Of a DNA stretch of 64,000 nucleotides, positions 34,396 through 49,419 are shown piece by piece; position 1 is the stretch's first letter; every line of letters starts with the position of its first letter. Source of the stretch: Azolla caroliniana (lineage: Eukaryota; Plantae; Polypodiophyta); contig JBHGNT010000002.1 in the NCBI GenBank assembly GCA_043228905.1, positions 3,658,001-3,722,000 on the forward strand, in the 5' to 3' direction. The position numbers and the translations under genes are program-made. The notes below the pieces were generated by a model. It ran no database searches. It was not told the DNA's origin and saw nothing but the letters and a program-made list of their open reading frames with translations.

Positions 34396-37300
34396 CAAAT
34401 TTCAATGACAATTTGAAATTTTATGCCAAGAAGCCTTCATGGAGAAGGTTTCCATGAATGTCCAAAGCCTTCATGGAAAATTCTATGAAGGGAAAAGCCC
34501 TACAACCCCTTGTCGAGCAGTGACTAGGGGAGAGAGAAAGGAGAAGTAGTTAACGGTCTCACTTCCCCCCTGAACACAAATGTACAACGGGGCTACCACC
34601 ACCACCAAGCATGCAGCTCGACATCAGCGAACCTAGGCTCAACTTTATGGTCCCCAAATACCCCTACCTTTTCAACAACATATATAAAATACACCACTTA
34701 TCTAAATCGTAAGTGTATATGTCTAAACATATTATACAATTACCCAGATACTTGCACACATATAGCACTTCAAATCACACATACATGTAAAATACAACAA
34801 ACACTTATACAATCGCGTCCATGAATAGACATGTCAAGTGTTGTCTCAACAACACATGCACACATTAAAAAATACTATTACAAAAAACGTTTTTTTGCGA
34901 GAAATGAAGGCAAAAATTTGTCAAAAGCATGATTGCATCTAGGTGCACATAAATCAACTAATGCAAGCACATTATCCTACACATAGAGGGCATGTTTACA
35001 AGTGCACCAACACAAATCAAGAAGGGAAAGATCATCAAAAGCACAAAGACTTGCCATCTCACATACTCAGAAACCCAAAGCTCATCATTATCAATGCCAA
35101 CAAGAAGCCATCTTCCATGTTCCAGGTCCAATGTGGTTCCACTCATCATTGACACGCACATGCATGCACATGTGTATTTCTACAAAAATGTGGAAAGTAG
35201 ATGGATTTTTGGATAATGTTAACTTAGATAACCCTAAAGGCATCTTGACATGGTCAAACTTATTACATACCAACTCATATGAGTTTGTTCATGCAAGTCA
35301 TTGCATGAATATAAAACACAAGATTTTAAAACATATTACATTTTCTCCAAATGTATTATTCTTCTCATCTATCCAACCAAAATCATATGAATCATTTTGT
35401 ATACATGTTAGTATCAAATCAATAGTGATGGATAAGAATATAACCTAATTACAATAAAGGGTCATAACTTACAAGGATTTATATTTGTATTAACATATGA
35501 ATATTCGCCTTGTTCTTGAAAGCTAGAAAAAAAATTATTGAATGAGATTCTAGTTTGCTTAACGTTTTAACTTATCCATTCTAATTTGGTGCACTTCCCC
35601 TAGGCTCTCTCTTTCAAAAACACAAAATTAAGACAATATTAAAGTTTATTTTGCATCACTATGTATTAAAAGCCATATGCATAATGACCTTAATAAAACA
35701 CAAAATAATAAATTTCTCAAGTTTGAGAAGGAAAGAGTGTCCAAGGAGAATGAAGTGACGTAGGTACATGGACCACATATAAGGTGTCACCGGATTGCAA
35801 GGGCTGTGATATGATGATATTAAGTCATACTTTAGGCATAAAGATATGTCTATCGAGTAAGATAAGAGAAAGAGAGAATGGAAGGGGAGTGGTGATCCAT
35901 GATGTTGCCACGAAAACAAGTTTTGCATGTTTTTTGTGTTTATTCCAAAGAAATTGACATTTATGTGTCCCTATTGTATCTCTTATTATATATAAATTTT
36001 AAGGATCGTAGATGTATTATGAACACATACAATAGATATTATATGTCCTTGACTCTACGCATTTTTTAAATATTCTAGGACAATGAAGGGAAAGATCTTA
36101 TCTTGTCCGCGCTATAAGCCCGCACAAAAATCCTTCAATGCCATGTGCTTCACCAAATAGAAATTTTTTTTATTCAGCCTTTTCTTCACAAAACTCTATA
36201 ACTTTAACTTTATTGAAATCAATAAAACCATCCACTAAGAGAAAGGAAATATACAAATCTATAATTGAGATCCCAAATCCTTATCTTTATTCCCAAACCA
36301 CTCAAAATGAACCAAAATATACAACTAAACATTATATGTTGGGGGAATCGTCGAATATTTTGAACGATTTTGAATTTAATTACCACTTATTTGGAATTAG
36401 TATTGGGGAAAGTAACTCTCATAGTTTGAATTCCAATACTCTATATAGACTCTAGTATTAACTGTCAAGACCATAAGTAACCTTCATTTTTGTCAACTTG
36501 TGAATGCAAAATGAGGAGTTGTTAAGTTACAACTTGGATTTCATAGGCTTGGGGTCCTCTTCTTGTATTTCATCAACTTGTCAATCATTGGAGAAGCCCT
36601 CCCTTACATTCGAAAATGGTGTCACAAATAATCTGCCTATCTAAAACAAATCGATTGTCACACTCTAATATCTTGGAAAACACCCACCTTCGTCACTATC
36701 TCAGAGTTCTTCAAAATAGGATGCCTAATGAGACTCAATAACAAACATTTTGGTTTCTCTTGAGAGTCTCTAGTATATTGCCTTGTTATTTTCCATGTTC
36801 TATTAGGGATAAGCAGATCATGTGATATCATCTCAAATTATTCTCTCCTCCAATTTTGTGTTACAGCATGGAATTGTCAAGTGAAATATTTTTCTATTAA
36901 AGTTAAAGATATCAACTATTGGGCTAACAAACCCCCAAGTTTTCCATATTGATCACCATGTATGCCTCACTCAATGCCAAAAGTCAAAATCAACTATCAC
37001 AAATACATTTCAAAGTTCTATATCTCTGCAAAACATATGACTAAGTTAACTTTGTTATTTCATCAAGAGTGAAGTTGTGAAAACAATTTAGTAAAGATAA
37101 AAATGTTAATATTTCCCTTAATCTAGAGCTCCCCCATATACCAACAAGAATACAACTAAAATATGGAAGGAAAAATGTAGTAAATTTGCTAGCATTAGAT
37201 AATCCCAACTTCTTGAGAATATACTTGAGTCCAATGAGATCATATCAGTGCCAATGAGTAATTTGAATTTATTTCTGTAATAAGTTCCTCAATTACAAAC

Positions 37301-37710
37301 CATCATGTGGAACTTTGGCCCCAACCATTCATTAAAGAAGCTTGTCAAGAGCTAGAAAATTGTAAGCAAATAAAGAGGAGGATAATTCTCAATATCGTAT
37401 CAAGCTAATTCCAAGGATTATTGGAGGATATATGCACATAAGTTTACAAAATATTGACAAGATGCGTGGGAAATACAAGAATGTGGATGGATAAGATGGG
37501 TCATGTATAGCCATAGAAGTACAAAAGAGGGGTCACATGTTTTCTTCCATAGATTAAGAGCCTTAGTGCTAACTTTAGTAAATGTCAGGAACTTCATCAT
37601 GAAAGGAGGGTAAGTAAAGAGACGTGAGATATACCCATATTGCATGTGTGTATATACATATATACAGGTATATGTATCTTCAAGATATGAAAGTAGAGGT
37701 GTATGCACAT

Positions 37711-39325
37711 TTAAGGTGATATTCCACGGGACATGGCAATGTGTACTTCTCGACCTTGTATTCCGGTTTGAAGAATGTATGCAACCTCAGATGCCACCAA
37801 TGATTGTCGTTGCCGACGCCCTTGTATCATGTTTAACGTCCGACCCATAATGTAGCATGGCAAGAAGAATCCCACAGCTCGAAGAAAGAAAAGCTAACAA
37901 TGTAAGAACCCACATAATAGGATTAGTACAATTAAGCACAATGTAGAGTTTGGTATCATCTTAAGTTGAGTAATTTTTACCAAGAAGAAAGTAGACGATT
38001 CTTGTTCTTCTCTTCTATCATCATTGACACCGCTTGAGATCATGGTAAGTATGTGTCTTAGTACCAACACGATCAACAACTTCAATCAAAAAACAATAGT
38101 GACAACAAGATTTAGTTGTAATCCTAAATGATAAGCGAAAGGCTCTAAAATGCCTTACATTCTTCATTATTTCTCCAACTGTCCTAAGTTTTTATTACTT
38201 CACCAAATAACTTTAGTGAACCCTCAGAAGAGAGAAGAAATGAATAAATTGCCAATATAATCGCTTAAGCAGCACATATAATTGCTTGTGAGGTATTGAC
38301 AAAAGTGCACTCCCAAACTTGGGTGAGACTTGTTTTTTAGGGTATTTGGGAGTGCACTTTCTTATATATTAACTCATGGATAATAGCCACAGAATTATGC
38401 ATTCACATTATGGCTAACTATTTTTCCCACTATGCAATGTGCATGATGTACTAGTTTAGTATTCTTGATTAGGACCAAACATTATGAATTTGTGATGGGA
38501 GGTGTAATGTTCTATGGAAAACCTTACTTGCAAAACATCATAATGACCACACACTCTTTTCTTCTTTGTTACCAAACCTTGCACATATCCACACCATTAT
38601 TAACCTTACGCCAACTTCACATCATGAAAAGTGGAGAGTTCAAAAAATATGTCTAAAACTTATTACAAATACATGATTTATACATTTTGTTTATAATGCT
38701 ATTGTAACAAGTTGATATATTCTTATAGTAAACGAGAGGTGCATACCACGAGGGCAACAAATCGAAAGCACGCGGCACTTTGTTCGTTTGCTCTTGCATA
38801 TTGTCCATATTCGGATTCTGAAATGAGATGCTCGGATGCCACAGTGAATAGTCTTGGTTGATGCATATTGATCCGTTGACCCCTTGCAATCTCCCAAGTG
38901 TCCCTACATACAAATTTATGATAGCAATCTTAACATTCATCACTTAAATTCAATCGATTCCATTTCGATAACATAATTATATACATTTTGTAACACAATG
39001 GAATAACAACGAATCATATTGGTGGATTACCCAATGTTAATGGGGAGGTTAAGTTCAGAAGTCGAATTCGTTGTCGGGGCAGTGTAACCTCCATTATAAG
39101 GCTACATAAGGTAATTAGACGAAGATACATGATGAGCCATCATTAGCATTATATTTTGATATCCATAACACAAAGACATGGAATCGTACAAGGATACATA
39201 CATACATACATACATACATACATACATACATTACATGCATATATACATACAATAAATACATACATAAAATGCATATATACATACATACATATATATGTAC
39301 ATACACACACACATACATACATACA

Positions 39326-39357
<32 letters not shown>

Positions 39358-39438
39358 CATATATGTACATACACACATACATACATACATACATATACAT
39401 ATATGTACATACACACATACATACACACATACATACAT

Positions 39439-39471
<33 letters not shown>

Positions 39472-40304
39472 TACACACACACACACATACATGCATACAT
39501 ACATACATACATACATACATACATACATACATACATACATACATACATACTTATATTACATGAATAAGGCATTGTTCAATAAGATTGGATTATATGTGTA
39601 TATGACAAAAATTTACCTGCAAGCATATCTCACATGTGGTGTCCCCTTTCTCATCACACCAATGCTGCACACACTTCCTATGGGCGAACTGATCATGACA
39701 CACATTATCCCATATAAGCTCATCATTTAGACCTTAGGATTCATGGCTATGGCATCCTCCCCCATTTTCCTTTTTATACATGTATAATCATAGTAAGCTA
39801 AGTATGTTATATATGCCTTACCTTTAAGCTACCAGAGCAAGCACAAGGGGATTCAAGGTTTGTGTGTTCATCTTCTTCTTGGCAGATCCTACACTCAGCT
39901 ACTGCTGATCTCTTCTTCTTATTATTACCATTTCCCTGCATTGATGTCCTTGATCCAGATTTGGTTGCATCAACAAAGTCTTCATCACCACCATCATCAT
40001 CAATGGAGAGCTTGATCACACAATCACCTGAATCTCTTGCATCATGACTATTGCTACAACCATGATTGCTAGTGTTATAAGGAGGAGGAGGATTGGTGTT
40101 GAACAAGTATGGATGGTTGGGGATAAGTAATCTCTCTGTTTCTGAGGATAATTCAGAATTAACATTATTAATGATGTGATTCATGTCATTATGATTGTTA
40201 TTGGTATTGGTATGATGGGGATGGGGATGGGTTTGATCTTCTAGCAATACATTGATGGCCACATGCTCAAGAACATCATCATCATCATCCTTGTGATGAG
40301 CCAT
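37711..40304 (-). CDS. RING-CH (MARCH-type) E3 ubiquitin ligase with two C-terminal hydrophobic segments, 354 aa, 6 exons: 40304-39822, 39688-39617, 39101-39031, 38903-38747, 38079-37981, 37893-37711
   Basis: All introns GT-AG and frame-consistent. CRICQEED...PCACSGSLK|FAHRKCVQHWCDEKGDTTCEICLQ|PY..GYTAP, then LLIVLVLRHIL and FLRAVGFFLPCYIM...RRQRQ, typical of the plant RING-CH/DUF3675 family. Start codon is inferred. Confidence 0.92.
39194..39550. repeat. Compound (TACA)n/(CA)n microsatellite in intron 2 of the RING-CH gene
   Basis: Directly visible tandem repeat. Confidence 0.97.
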
Positions 40305-42494
40305 CACTCCAATGTCTGAAGGAAACAGGGGAACTAAATGAATGTAAGTATAATAAGAGAAACAGAGGGGAGGAGGTTTGGATATGGAATAATAAGAGAT
40401 TTCAGAGGGAGGGAAGGGAAACAGGGAGGGGAGAAGCTCTGCAAAATTTGATAAGAAAGCAGAGGAGAGAATTGAATGATGAAGAGAAGTATGATAGAAG
40501 CCAAGGGGCAATTGATGGGTGTAATTACAAGAGAGAAAACAGGGGTTCAAGGCTATGGTGTAGATAGAAGAAGGAGAAGAAGGAAACAGAGGAGGCTATG
40601 GAGTCAAGAAAGAGGATATGAAAGGGAGAGGATCAAATCCAAAGAGGAGAAAAAGGAGCTCCTTTTATCTCTTAATATTATGTTTAAATAAAATTATATA
40701 TGGGCTTTTTTGAGTTTTTTGATCCATCCTCTTGCTTTTTTTTTGTTAATGGTTTTTTGTTGCCTAGGTAACAATAGATTAGATCTCATGACATTCTCAA
40801 GTGGGTTCTTTTCACACCGCAAAAGGCTAGAAGGAAACTAGAAGGAAACTGGTATCCCCGGGAACAGACCCTCGAGACCGAGTCCTATTCACATCAGTTA
40901 TGACTTGATCTCCACCTATGTCGATTCTCGTACGGTGAAATGAACCCGAATGACCCTCGGAAGACATATGTAAATCTGTGTTTCTGTGTCAAATCCTAGC
41001 TTGATGGCCCTTCAATCGTTTGAGTGTTTGCTGGTTGGCGCATGCATTTTTCACCTAATGTTCGTGTTCGTATATTTAATCTCACAGAATGATTGTGACT
41101 GGTTTCGGTCCCGATTTCTCAGGTTACTTGCCAGCTTTGTAATGACGTGTGTGCAGCTTTTTTCAATTGGCCTAAATTTTGGTCAACCCACAACGTCCAT
41201 ACTCGTCAACCTACCAACCTTTAAAAGGTCAACTCGCCTCTTTGATCCATATATTACCTTTCAAAAATCACGATTGACTATCTTTGCATGCTTGGAAGAC
41301 TTCTCACAATATCCTACAGCATCTCCATGCTCTCTTCCGCAAAAGCTCCTAGTTTATTGAGTATAAAGAACCCCTCAGTGCCTTTTCTTGTAATATCACC
41401 TCATCGTGGGGTTTCCTGCACGTCATCGAATATCAAAAGTGAAGTGTGTATGAATGTGCTTGTATATGTTTGACAAGTGGAATTTTCTTTGAACTATAGT
41501 TTCAAGGATAGATCAATCAAATACAAAAGAAAACGTATTTTTATCTCTAGTAAACTTATAATGTATTTATTACCCCAACAACATAAGTTCGATGAGGTTC
41601 GCGTAGATTATGGAAAAGAAATTACATGCTTAAGGAGGGTTCTAGATATCATGAGAGATACCTTATCTATTTTAATGTATGAAACAATAATGCTTATACC
41701 TTAAGAGAGTGACCTGACAGTGAAATAAGTACATGTTCTGATCATGATCGTCTCCCATCAGTACTACCCCTTTAGGATAAGTTTGTAAATTTCAACACGG
41801 CAAGCAACTTCTCAAGTTTTTGATGAATCTCTCTAAATTCTAATCATAAGAAACTCTTCTCCTCTCAAAATAGTCTCTCTTTTCTTCCACCCATAAAAGT
41901 TATCCTAATTCGCGTATCCCAAAAAGTTGGTCCAAATGTCCTTATCTCCTTCAGAAGTTTGATCTTGACCCTAGGTTTGGCCCCCACTCATTGTTTGCAT
42001 CAATCTCTCGAGGCCGTTATGAATCGCTCTCCCTCCTCCCTACGAAACAAAAAAAAGCCTCTCCTTGCTCTAAAAGTATGAACTTGCCATGTTCTTTTCC
42101 TTCTTCATAACTAAGCCAAACCATTTTTCCAAGTAAAATGTAGGTTGCACAAACAAAATTTCATTCATGTTCTTACCATAGTTTCTTATCGCGGGCTCGA
42201 ATTTTTGAGGTACTCAACTTCATGGATTGAGTAGATCATGTTGTACTAGTTACTTTGAAAATGATTAGTAGATCGCATTGCACAATTTTTTAGGTCAAGT
42301 CAAAACCTAATTCGGTCATCTTCCCATCCAAATTTCAACATAGTAGATTCTCCATTAGAAGAAAAAAAGGTACCTCAAATTCCAAAAATTATCCATGATG
42401 ATGATGATGATTGTGTGTGTGTGAAAAAGCTAACAAAAAGAAAATAAGTGTATAACTTGCAAAAATCAAATGAAAAAAAGCATGAGGGTTTTGG

Positions 42495-43838
42495 TTTTTG
42501 GCACTTTGCCTATTTGCCAAAACTACCCTCCATGTTTTGAAATTTACCCAAATTCTCAATATAGGTTATAAGACAAGCATTCAAACAAACAAAATGCTGA
42601 ACTTATTTACCAAACTTAATCACCAAAATGCCATTACACACAAGAGAAGAAGGTGCATAGAAAACAAAACAACTAAGTGGAAAGAGTATGCATTTGGTTT
42701 TGGGACATCCATGAGGTCAATGTATGGTTGGTGGTAGCATGCCTCTAATAACAATATCATGTGCTAAAACGATAGGGAATATTGGCTTCTTGTAAGTGTC
42801 ACAATATGATTGCAATGTATATGCATTTTGTGCATAAGATTGCCCACATTCTTTTTGAAAGAAAATTGCAATCATTGCATTTGCATAAGATAAGCCAAAA
42901 ACTTGCGACTTTCCACAAACAATTGCATGTCCTATTATTCACGCAAACAATCCTAATATGGGTCGGAATACAGATCTCAACGACAACATTAGTAGGTGGC
43001 AAATTTTGGTTTACTTTTCTACACTCACGAGATCATCTCGCAAACTACTTTGTATATCCAACCGATGCATTTTGTGCTACCATGACAAGAAAATCCTAAG
43101 AAGTTTCTCCATTAACCTTTCTTTCATAAAACCATGACAATACCGTTTGACAAATCTATTTGAACATCCCTAGAATAGGCATATGTCTAGCATCTATCGA
43201 CCATGCATTTAAGGGGCCTAGAAATGTTGGACATCGAATCTCTGAACCTTTTCCTTGAAAACTTACACATAGCTCAACGTGAAGAATCAACAATATTCAT
43301 TATCCAATCACATTGTTATTTACTCATATTTCCCCAATTACAACGTTGAAATATTAAGATTAGTTGCATATGCAACTTTCCACAACATCTCTAGTATTTG
43401 TTTCTAATGTCGTTTGTTAGATGCCATATGCATTACCTCCAGACACCAACATCTCATGACCCCATTGACTAAATCCTTTTGCCCATCCGAAATAAATATG
43501 GCAGCTCATAGCTAGGAATTGAATAATAAGTTACATTTAAAAAATAGAGACCTTGGGGCATAGCAAACGAAGGTACAATTTGTTATTGTAAATGTAATTA
43601 CGCTTGCTATAGAGTGTATTTCGGTAATTAAATGTAGTGTATATTGAATGTATAGCTCAATAATTGAGCATGTAGTGGTATTTTGGTAATTAAGTTTAAT
43701 ATTTTGTTTGAATGTTTATTTTATAAAGGGTACTTTTTGGAGCCAAGCGCATTAGCGCATTTAAGTAATTTCAAAACATGGAGGGGTATTGTTGTAAATA
43801 GGTGAGCTAATTGGGATATTGTATTCTCGTAGTTTTCC
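42495..43838. mobile_element. Possible decayed Mutator-like non-autonomous element
   Basis: Imperfect inverted repeat of about 45 bp: CCTATTTGCCAAAACTACCCTCCATGTTTTGAAATT near 42510-42545 versus AATTTCAAAACATGGAGGGGTATTGTTGTAAATAGG near 43767-43802. No TSD found. Confidence 0.45.
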
Positions 43839-46800
43839 TTATCAAATACCATATATAGGAGTTTCATCAAATTCATCACAATAAGACCCCTATTGCAATG
43901 GTGATCTTTTCTTTTTCAATGCACATTTAATAAAGCAATTAATTAATATTCCTATTACTAAAAATTTAGTACCAATATATTAACTAATATTTATTAGGTC
44001 AACGTTTGAAAGAGCGAGAATTGCTCGAAAGAGGAGTTGTCCAAGGACATTCTGAGATAGTACCAAGCATCTAGAGCGCATTTTGAGAAATAAAGACAAT
44101 CTCAAAGAGGGTTAACCAAGGGCATTTGGGCAAATAAAGAAAAACTAAGAGGGGGTTGATGAAAAGGCATTTGATTGAGAGGGGTTGACCAACAAAATTT
44201 CGGGAAACTATCACATGGTATATTAGTTTTGCTGCTACTTTGACTAACACAAAACTCTCAAAGTTTCTAATCATCTCCTTCAAAATGTTTAATGACAATT
44301 CCCGAAAGGAAACAACTATGTTTTAACACAAGGAAACACAAACACTTCACATTTTTTCTATTTTGTTGGAAATTCAATACCCTTACATCATTTACACATT
44401 ATTAACATTTTGTCAAGACAACCATAATATTTGTAATTTCTAGGTACAATAAAAGACTCTTTATCTCATAAATCATCTAGCAATTTTGATTGCCTAGACT
44501 AAGTAAGATAACAAAGGGTTGTGACCTCTAGGTTAGATTGAATAAGTCTAAATAGAATCCCAAATATGAAGCTTTATCGTTTTCTTTTTTCCAAAAAGAA
44601 GCTACTTTCCCATTAGTTAGGATAGATTATCACAGAAAGACTATACAAGGTGGCTTATACGTAAATCTGGGAATCACCCTCTGACCGAGTTCAAGAATAA
44701 AATCTTCTTCAAGGTGTTATATTTACAACTTTTACATTGTAAAAAATCCTTGCTATAATGCAAAATGTCACTTCAAATGTACGTAATAGGAGAGGAGAGA
44801 CATGTTAGTTGAGCCATCGTGCAATGTAATCTTCTCATCATGAGAAGTGGAGACAAAATAATGCATTGTATAGAAATAGTGTCGATCTTCCTTGTCAATG
44901 ATTTATAATAATATATACCTTTCTTATTCTCATTTATTGGGCTACATAATATTCTTTAGGAATCGAGAATGGTTAGGTCAAAGCCAAATCATGGCTTAGC
45001 TTGTTCATTTCAAATTTAGAGATTTGTAAACACTTCAATTTGGGTTAATTTTGGCGTGGGGGTTCAAAGGCTATTGTTTGGTTTGGTTTGAGCTTTTACT
45101 TGCTTAAGAATTTATGGTTTTTTCTGACTTCAAACGGTTTGGAAACATTTGTAAAATATTTACCAAATATACAACTTAATTTTATAAATAATCTAATATG
45201 CATTATGATGTTTAAACATTGGCCATTCTTTTACGTTTTAGTTTTCTTCCAAGTTTTTAAAAACTAACCCTTTTAACAATTCACTTCAAGCCAAAATTGA
45301 ACCATGAAACCACAACTTAGCAAGGTTTGATCTTGAAAACCCCTCAAGCAAATTAGGTTTCAACAATTAAGGGACAATGTTGGTGTGATCAAGTGCCTCC
45401 AATACTCTTTGTGTTGGTGACAAAAGAGGGTGTAAATTTAATATAGTAGATGAGTTAACCTTTAGGGAAAGCATTTTAAGGTTGTCTTTTGCCACACCCA
45501 CTACATTGTATTTATATTTGCTCACTTGTGAATATATGAGCTTCAACTCTGGTTGTATACACCCTACCCTTATAATCAGCTTGAGTGCTCTATTGTCGAT
45601 ATATTCCATATTTCTTTTTGTTTTCAATTGCATGCTTTGTTGCAATAATTCTGTGTGTGGTCCCTATTTTCTAGTAACATTTGATAGAACTCATTACTCA
45701 AGGCATTTCATCATTCATGCCCCAAATTTGAAACTCCTTAGTTAGTAGTGGTAACCCTTTCACCAAATGGTTTTTTATGAGCTTATTGTACCCCCACTTT
45801 AATTTGAATTATACATTAGCTAAATGGTTTATACCAACCCTCGTTCACTTGTTCAACTAAAAGCTTTCTCTTCCTTGTTTCATATATTTCCGTATCTTCT
45901 ATTTATTGCAGCATGTGCAATGTGTGGAATGATTTTTGTTGTGCACAAATAAGCGTTGAAAATGATTAACTTACAAAAAGCTGTAGATTCCTTCTTTTCC
46001 TTACATTAGTGCAATGTCTGAGAATTGTGGAAACAATGCATGTGCTTTAAAGTGGTCAATCACATACTATATTGCCTCAATCAAGATCATCTCAAGTTCT
46101 ATTTGATGAAATAAACTAAGTTCATGTGTAACAATGATAAAAGGAAGTGTCATGTCATCTTATGGACAAGTAATGGATAAAATTTTTAGCCTTTATCAAT
46201 ATAGAATTTGATTTTGTACAATAACTAACAAGAAATGTAATAAAATACGTTATCTACTTTCATGAAAGTATAGGCTGAAAACATGTTAACTTTGGTTACT
46301 TCAACTTGCATCACTTTGGAAAACAATGCTTTGAGAAAGTCATTCAGAACCTATAGATGATGCAAAACTTTTAACATTAGGAAAATTTCTAACGCAAAAT
46401 TGGCACCATATGCAAAGGCATGTCATCAATATACTTCTTCTACGTATGGGCTAAGTTAAAGGATATTGGAAAGATCTGAGCAAGATGATTCTAGGACATC
46501 GAGGAGAATTCAATATGGACTTGTGTTGTGAACATCATGAGATTTTTGCAAAACCCAACTCCAAGAGTTTCATGTTGTTCATAAAGAAGCTTTTAGGAAT
46601 AATATAGATGTTGATGCACAATTCAAGGTTAAGCCAAATTTAGCTTAATGGTACATTATTTATTTTTCAACCAAGAGGAACACATACAATAGGTTGGTGT
46701 ATTGGTCAGAATTTCAAGTCGATTGTAACTCAAAAAAATGCATAGACAATACTATTACGTAATCTCAACCCTTTCCAAGTAAATTCCAACCCAAAAAAAA

Positions 46801-49419
46801 AACGAACACAAAATGAAGTCTTGAAAGTCTTCGAAAATGACACATTGAGACGAGAACAAGTCTTTATGGAAGAGGGTTTTCCATTAGGATATATTGTATA
46901 TAAAATCATCTTACTTTATCTACAGTTCCATAGTGTACGATAACTTATGTATCATGGGATGGATGATTCAAGGCATATGTTCACACCTTTGTATAGATAC
47001 CTAGTACATGTTTAACACCACTTGCCGTAGAACCTAATGGATAAGTCATAGTAGAAAACTTTTTGCATTTTCATGGCAATAGCCCTTTGTCATTAGAATG
47101 CATTTGATCCATTACTATTTTACTTTACCATCACTTTTGAAATAAATCGTTACTTACAAAAACAAAGTCCAACTTGTTCCATATAGGGTTGATGCGATGA
47201 TTAGTTTTTGTTTGAAGTTCATGATTCTTGTTCAATATTTTGAAGCTAGAAATGGCCACTACAAGTTATTCACTATATCTGAACCCTCTATATAATTTGT
47301 GATCAAGAATTAATTGTAAAAAAGAACTCATCTGTAAAGTTTGCATGAATTAAATGCATCATTTTTCATTCAAAAGTGTTAAATAGACTCTATAGACAAT
47401 ATCATTATGTTGAATAAATGTGATATTATGATATCATGGGAATTAATTTTGCTTAGGCAAGTGGCAAGCAAGCTTCTTAATTTGAGGCGGTGAAAGGAGA
47501 GCTTTTCACCCGCCAAAAGTGAGCTTTAAATTTAAAAGTGTGTGTTTGCCTTTCCATGACCCATGGATGAACATGCATAAATTATTGACACCCCATCTAG
47601 AGCTCCAAATTCAGTCCTCAAATGAAATATCTTATCCAACAGTTAAAGCTATCAAAGTCAATGTTCATGCTAAATACTTTATTCAAACATCATACTTTCG
47701 TAAGTGGACACTTGAAATGAAGTGACGAACACTCTTGAACCAATCTTCATATTAATGACCTCATGGAAATAGCGTAATAAAACCTTTCCTCATAAACAAT
47801 TGTTTTTTGGAATTCCATGTAACAAAACATAGCAAAGGGTCCAAGTCAAACTTTCATATCATTAGAACTCATCCAAGTTATCCTAAGATTTATTACATTT
47901 GCACTAATCACAATGTAAATTATTAAAGATCTGGATTCTGAATCATTACAAAGCTCAACAATAGTCACATTATTTCCCATATATTTTCTCTTGCTACTAG
48001 GTCATGTTGTCGTTAACATTAGTGTAATTAATTATTTGCTAGTTAGTTGATAACCCACATTCAATATGCAAGTTTCTTGATTCAAAATATCATAATATGG
48101 ACTAGGTAATTTTGACATTTGGCCAAATGCCTCCCTTCCTCCCCCCACCCCCCTAAAATGCTAGATAAATTCCCTCGGTTAGACACACTCGTTGATTGTA
48201 TTTGACAAATCACCCCTCATTTTTTACCTCTTTAATTTAGGAAAGGTATGATTAAAGAATGTAACATTGGCCATGGTAGGGAAGGGTATAAATGGTCATT
48301 GATATGACATCAACAATGTCTCATGTGTGGATCATCAAAGATTGATGCATAATCCGTGGATTTATCATGGTATGGTCATGCATGTTGGTAATCGATGGGG
48401 CTTGCATGTTCATGACTGATTATCAAAAGAGAAAGTATGCTTTAAAAAACTACCTACTTGGATCAAATGCTCTAATTAAGAAGCTTGCCTACTATTTCCT
48501 TGCCTACTGAATACACCCAACATTGGCCCCTAACATCAATGAGACCTATCCGTTCCAAACTCCATTATTGAGAATCAGAAAAAATTCAAGCATAAAATAA
48601 ACTTTAAGCCATGTGCAAATGGCATTCCCATATTCTAGTATCTCAAGTTATGCTTATAATTAATGAATTTGTATAGTAGCATAACAACATATATGCATGG
48701 TAAACCAAAGTGCCCAAACAAAATATTGGTTTATTAATTGATTTAGAGCTCATTAACTTTTGCTTCCACCACATGGGAATCATAAATATTAAATTGCTAC
48801 ATAATGAAGCAATATTATTGTTTTATGCGTAAGTCACATGGATACATTGTTATGTATAATTGTTAGGATGGTTCACATAATTGTTTAACAAAATTGATAA
48901 TTTCTTTAAATATGCCTTCAAAGGTAAGTGATAATGTTGTTTGAAATGCTCATCCACATTCTTGATGCACACATCCAATACATTAGAGCCATATGTGTGA
49001 CATCAATAAACTAGAGATCACAAACAAATGACAAAAATGTCACAATTAAGTATTGGAACACTTAAATGTACATAACTGAATTTGATGTCCTTCCCCTCGC
49101 AAATGATCTTGTCTTATTCTAGCTTCTGTTCGAAGTTTTTTTGGGTTCATAACCTTAAAACAATTGTGGAATGGGCCAAGATGTGCCATTTGTGATGGAG
49201 AATTATTTATAATCCGATTCAAATAATAACCATATCCAATCTAATCTTCAAGTGGGTCTAGTATATGTCATTGATTAGTATTTGTACTTAACTTGAAGGT
49301 GCTTCTTTTTTAGATTCTATTCTCTCTTCTTCGGACAAATATGTGAACTAGACTTTGTTATGAAGGAAGTGGTAGTTATGATGTCTATGACAAAAATGAC
49401 ATGGGATTTTATTTTATTT

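Noticed and set aside
34400-37400. Possible decayed transposase or LINE fragments
   Set aside because: No motif could be read with enough confidence to call.
39115-39730. Several ORFs of 90-150 aa with MYVC/HTYI repeats
   Set aside because: Translation artefacts of the (TACA)n microsatellite.
40305-40550. Upstream in-frame extension of RING-CH exon 1 (ORF from 40550)
   Set aside because: Pyrimidine-rich leader typical of a 5' UTR; ATG at 40304 preferred, though not proven.
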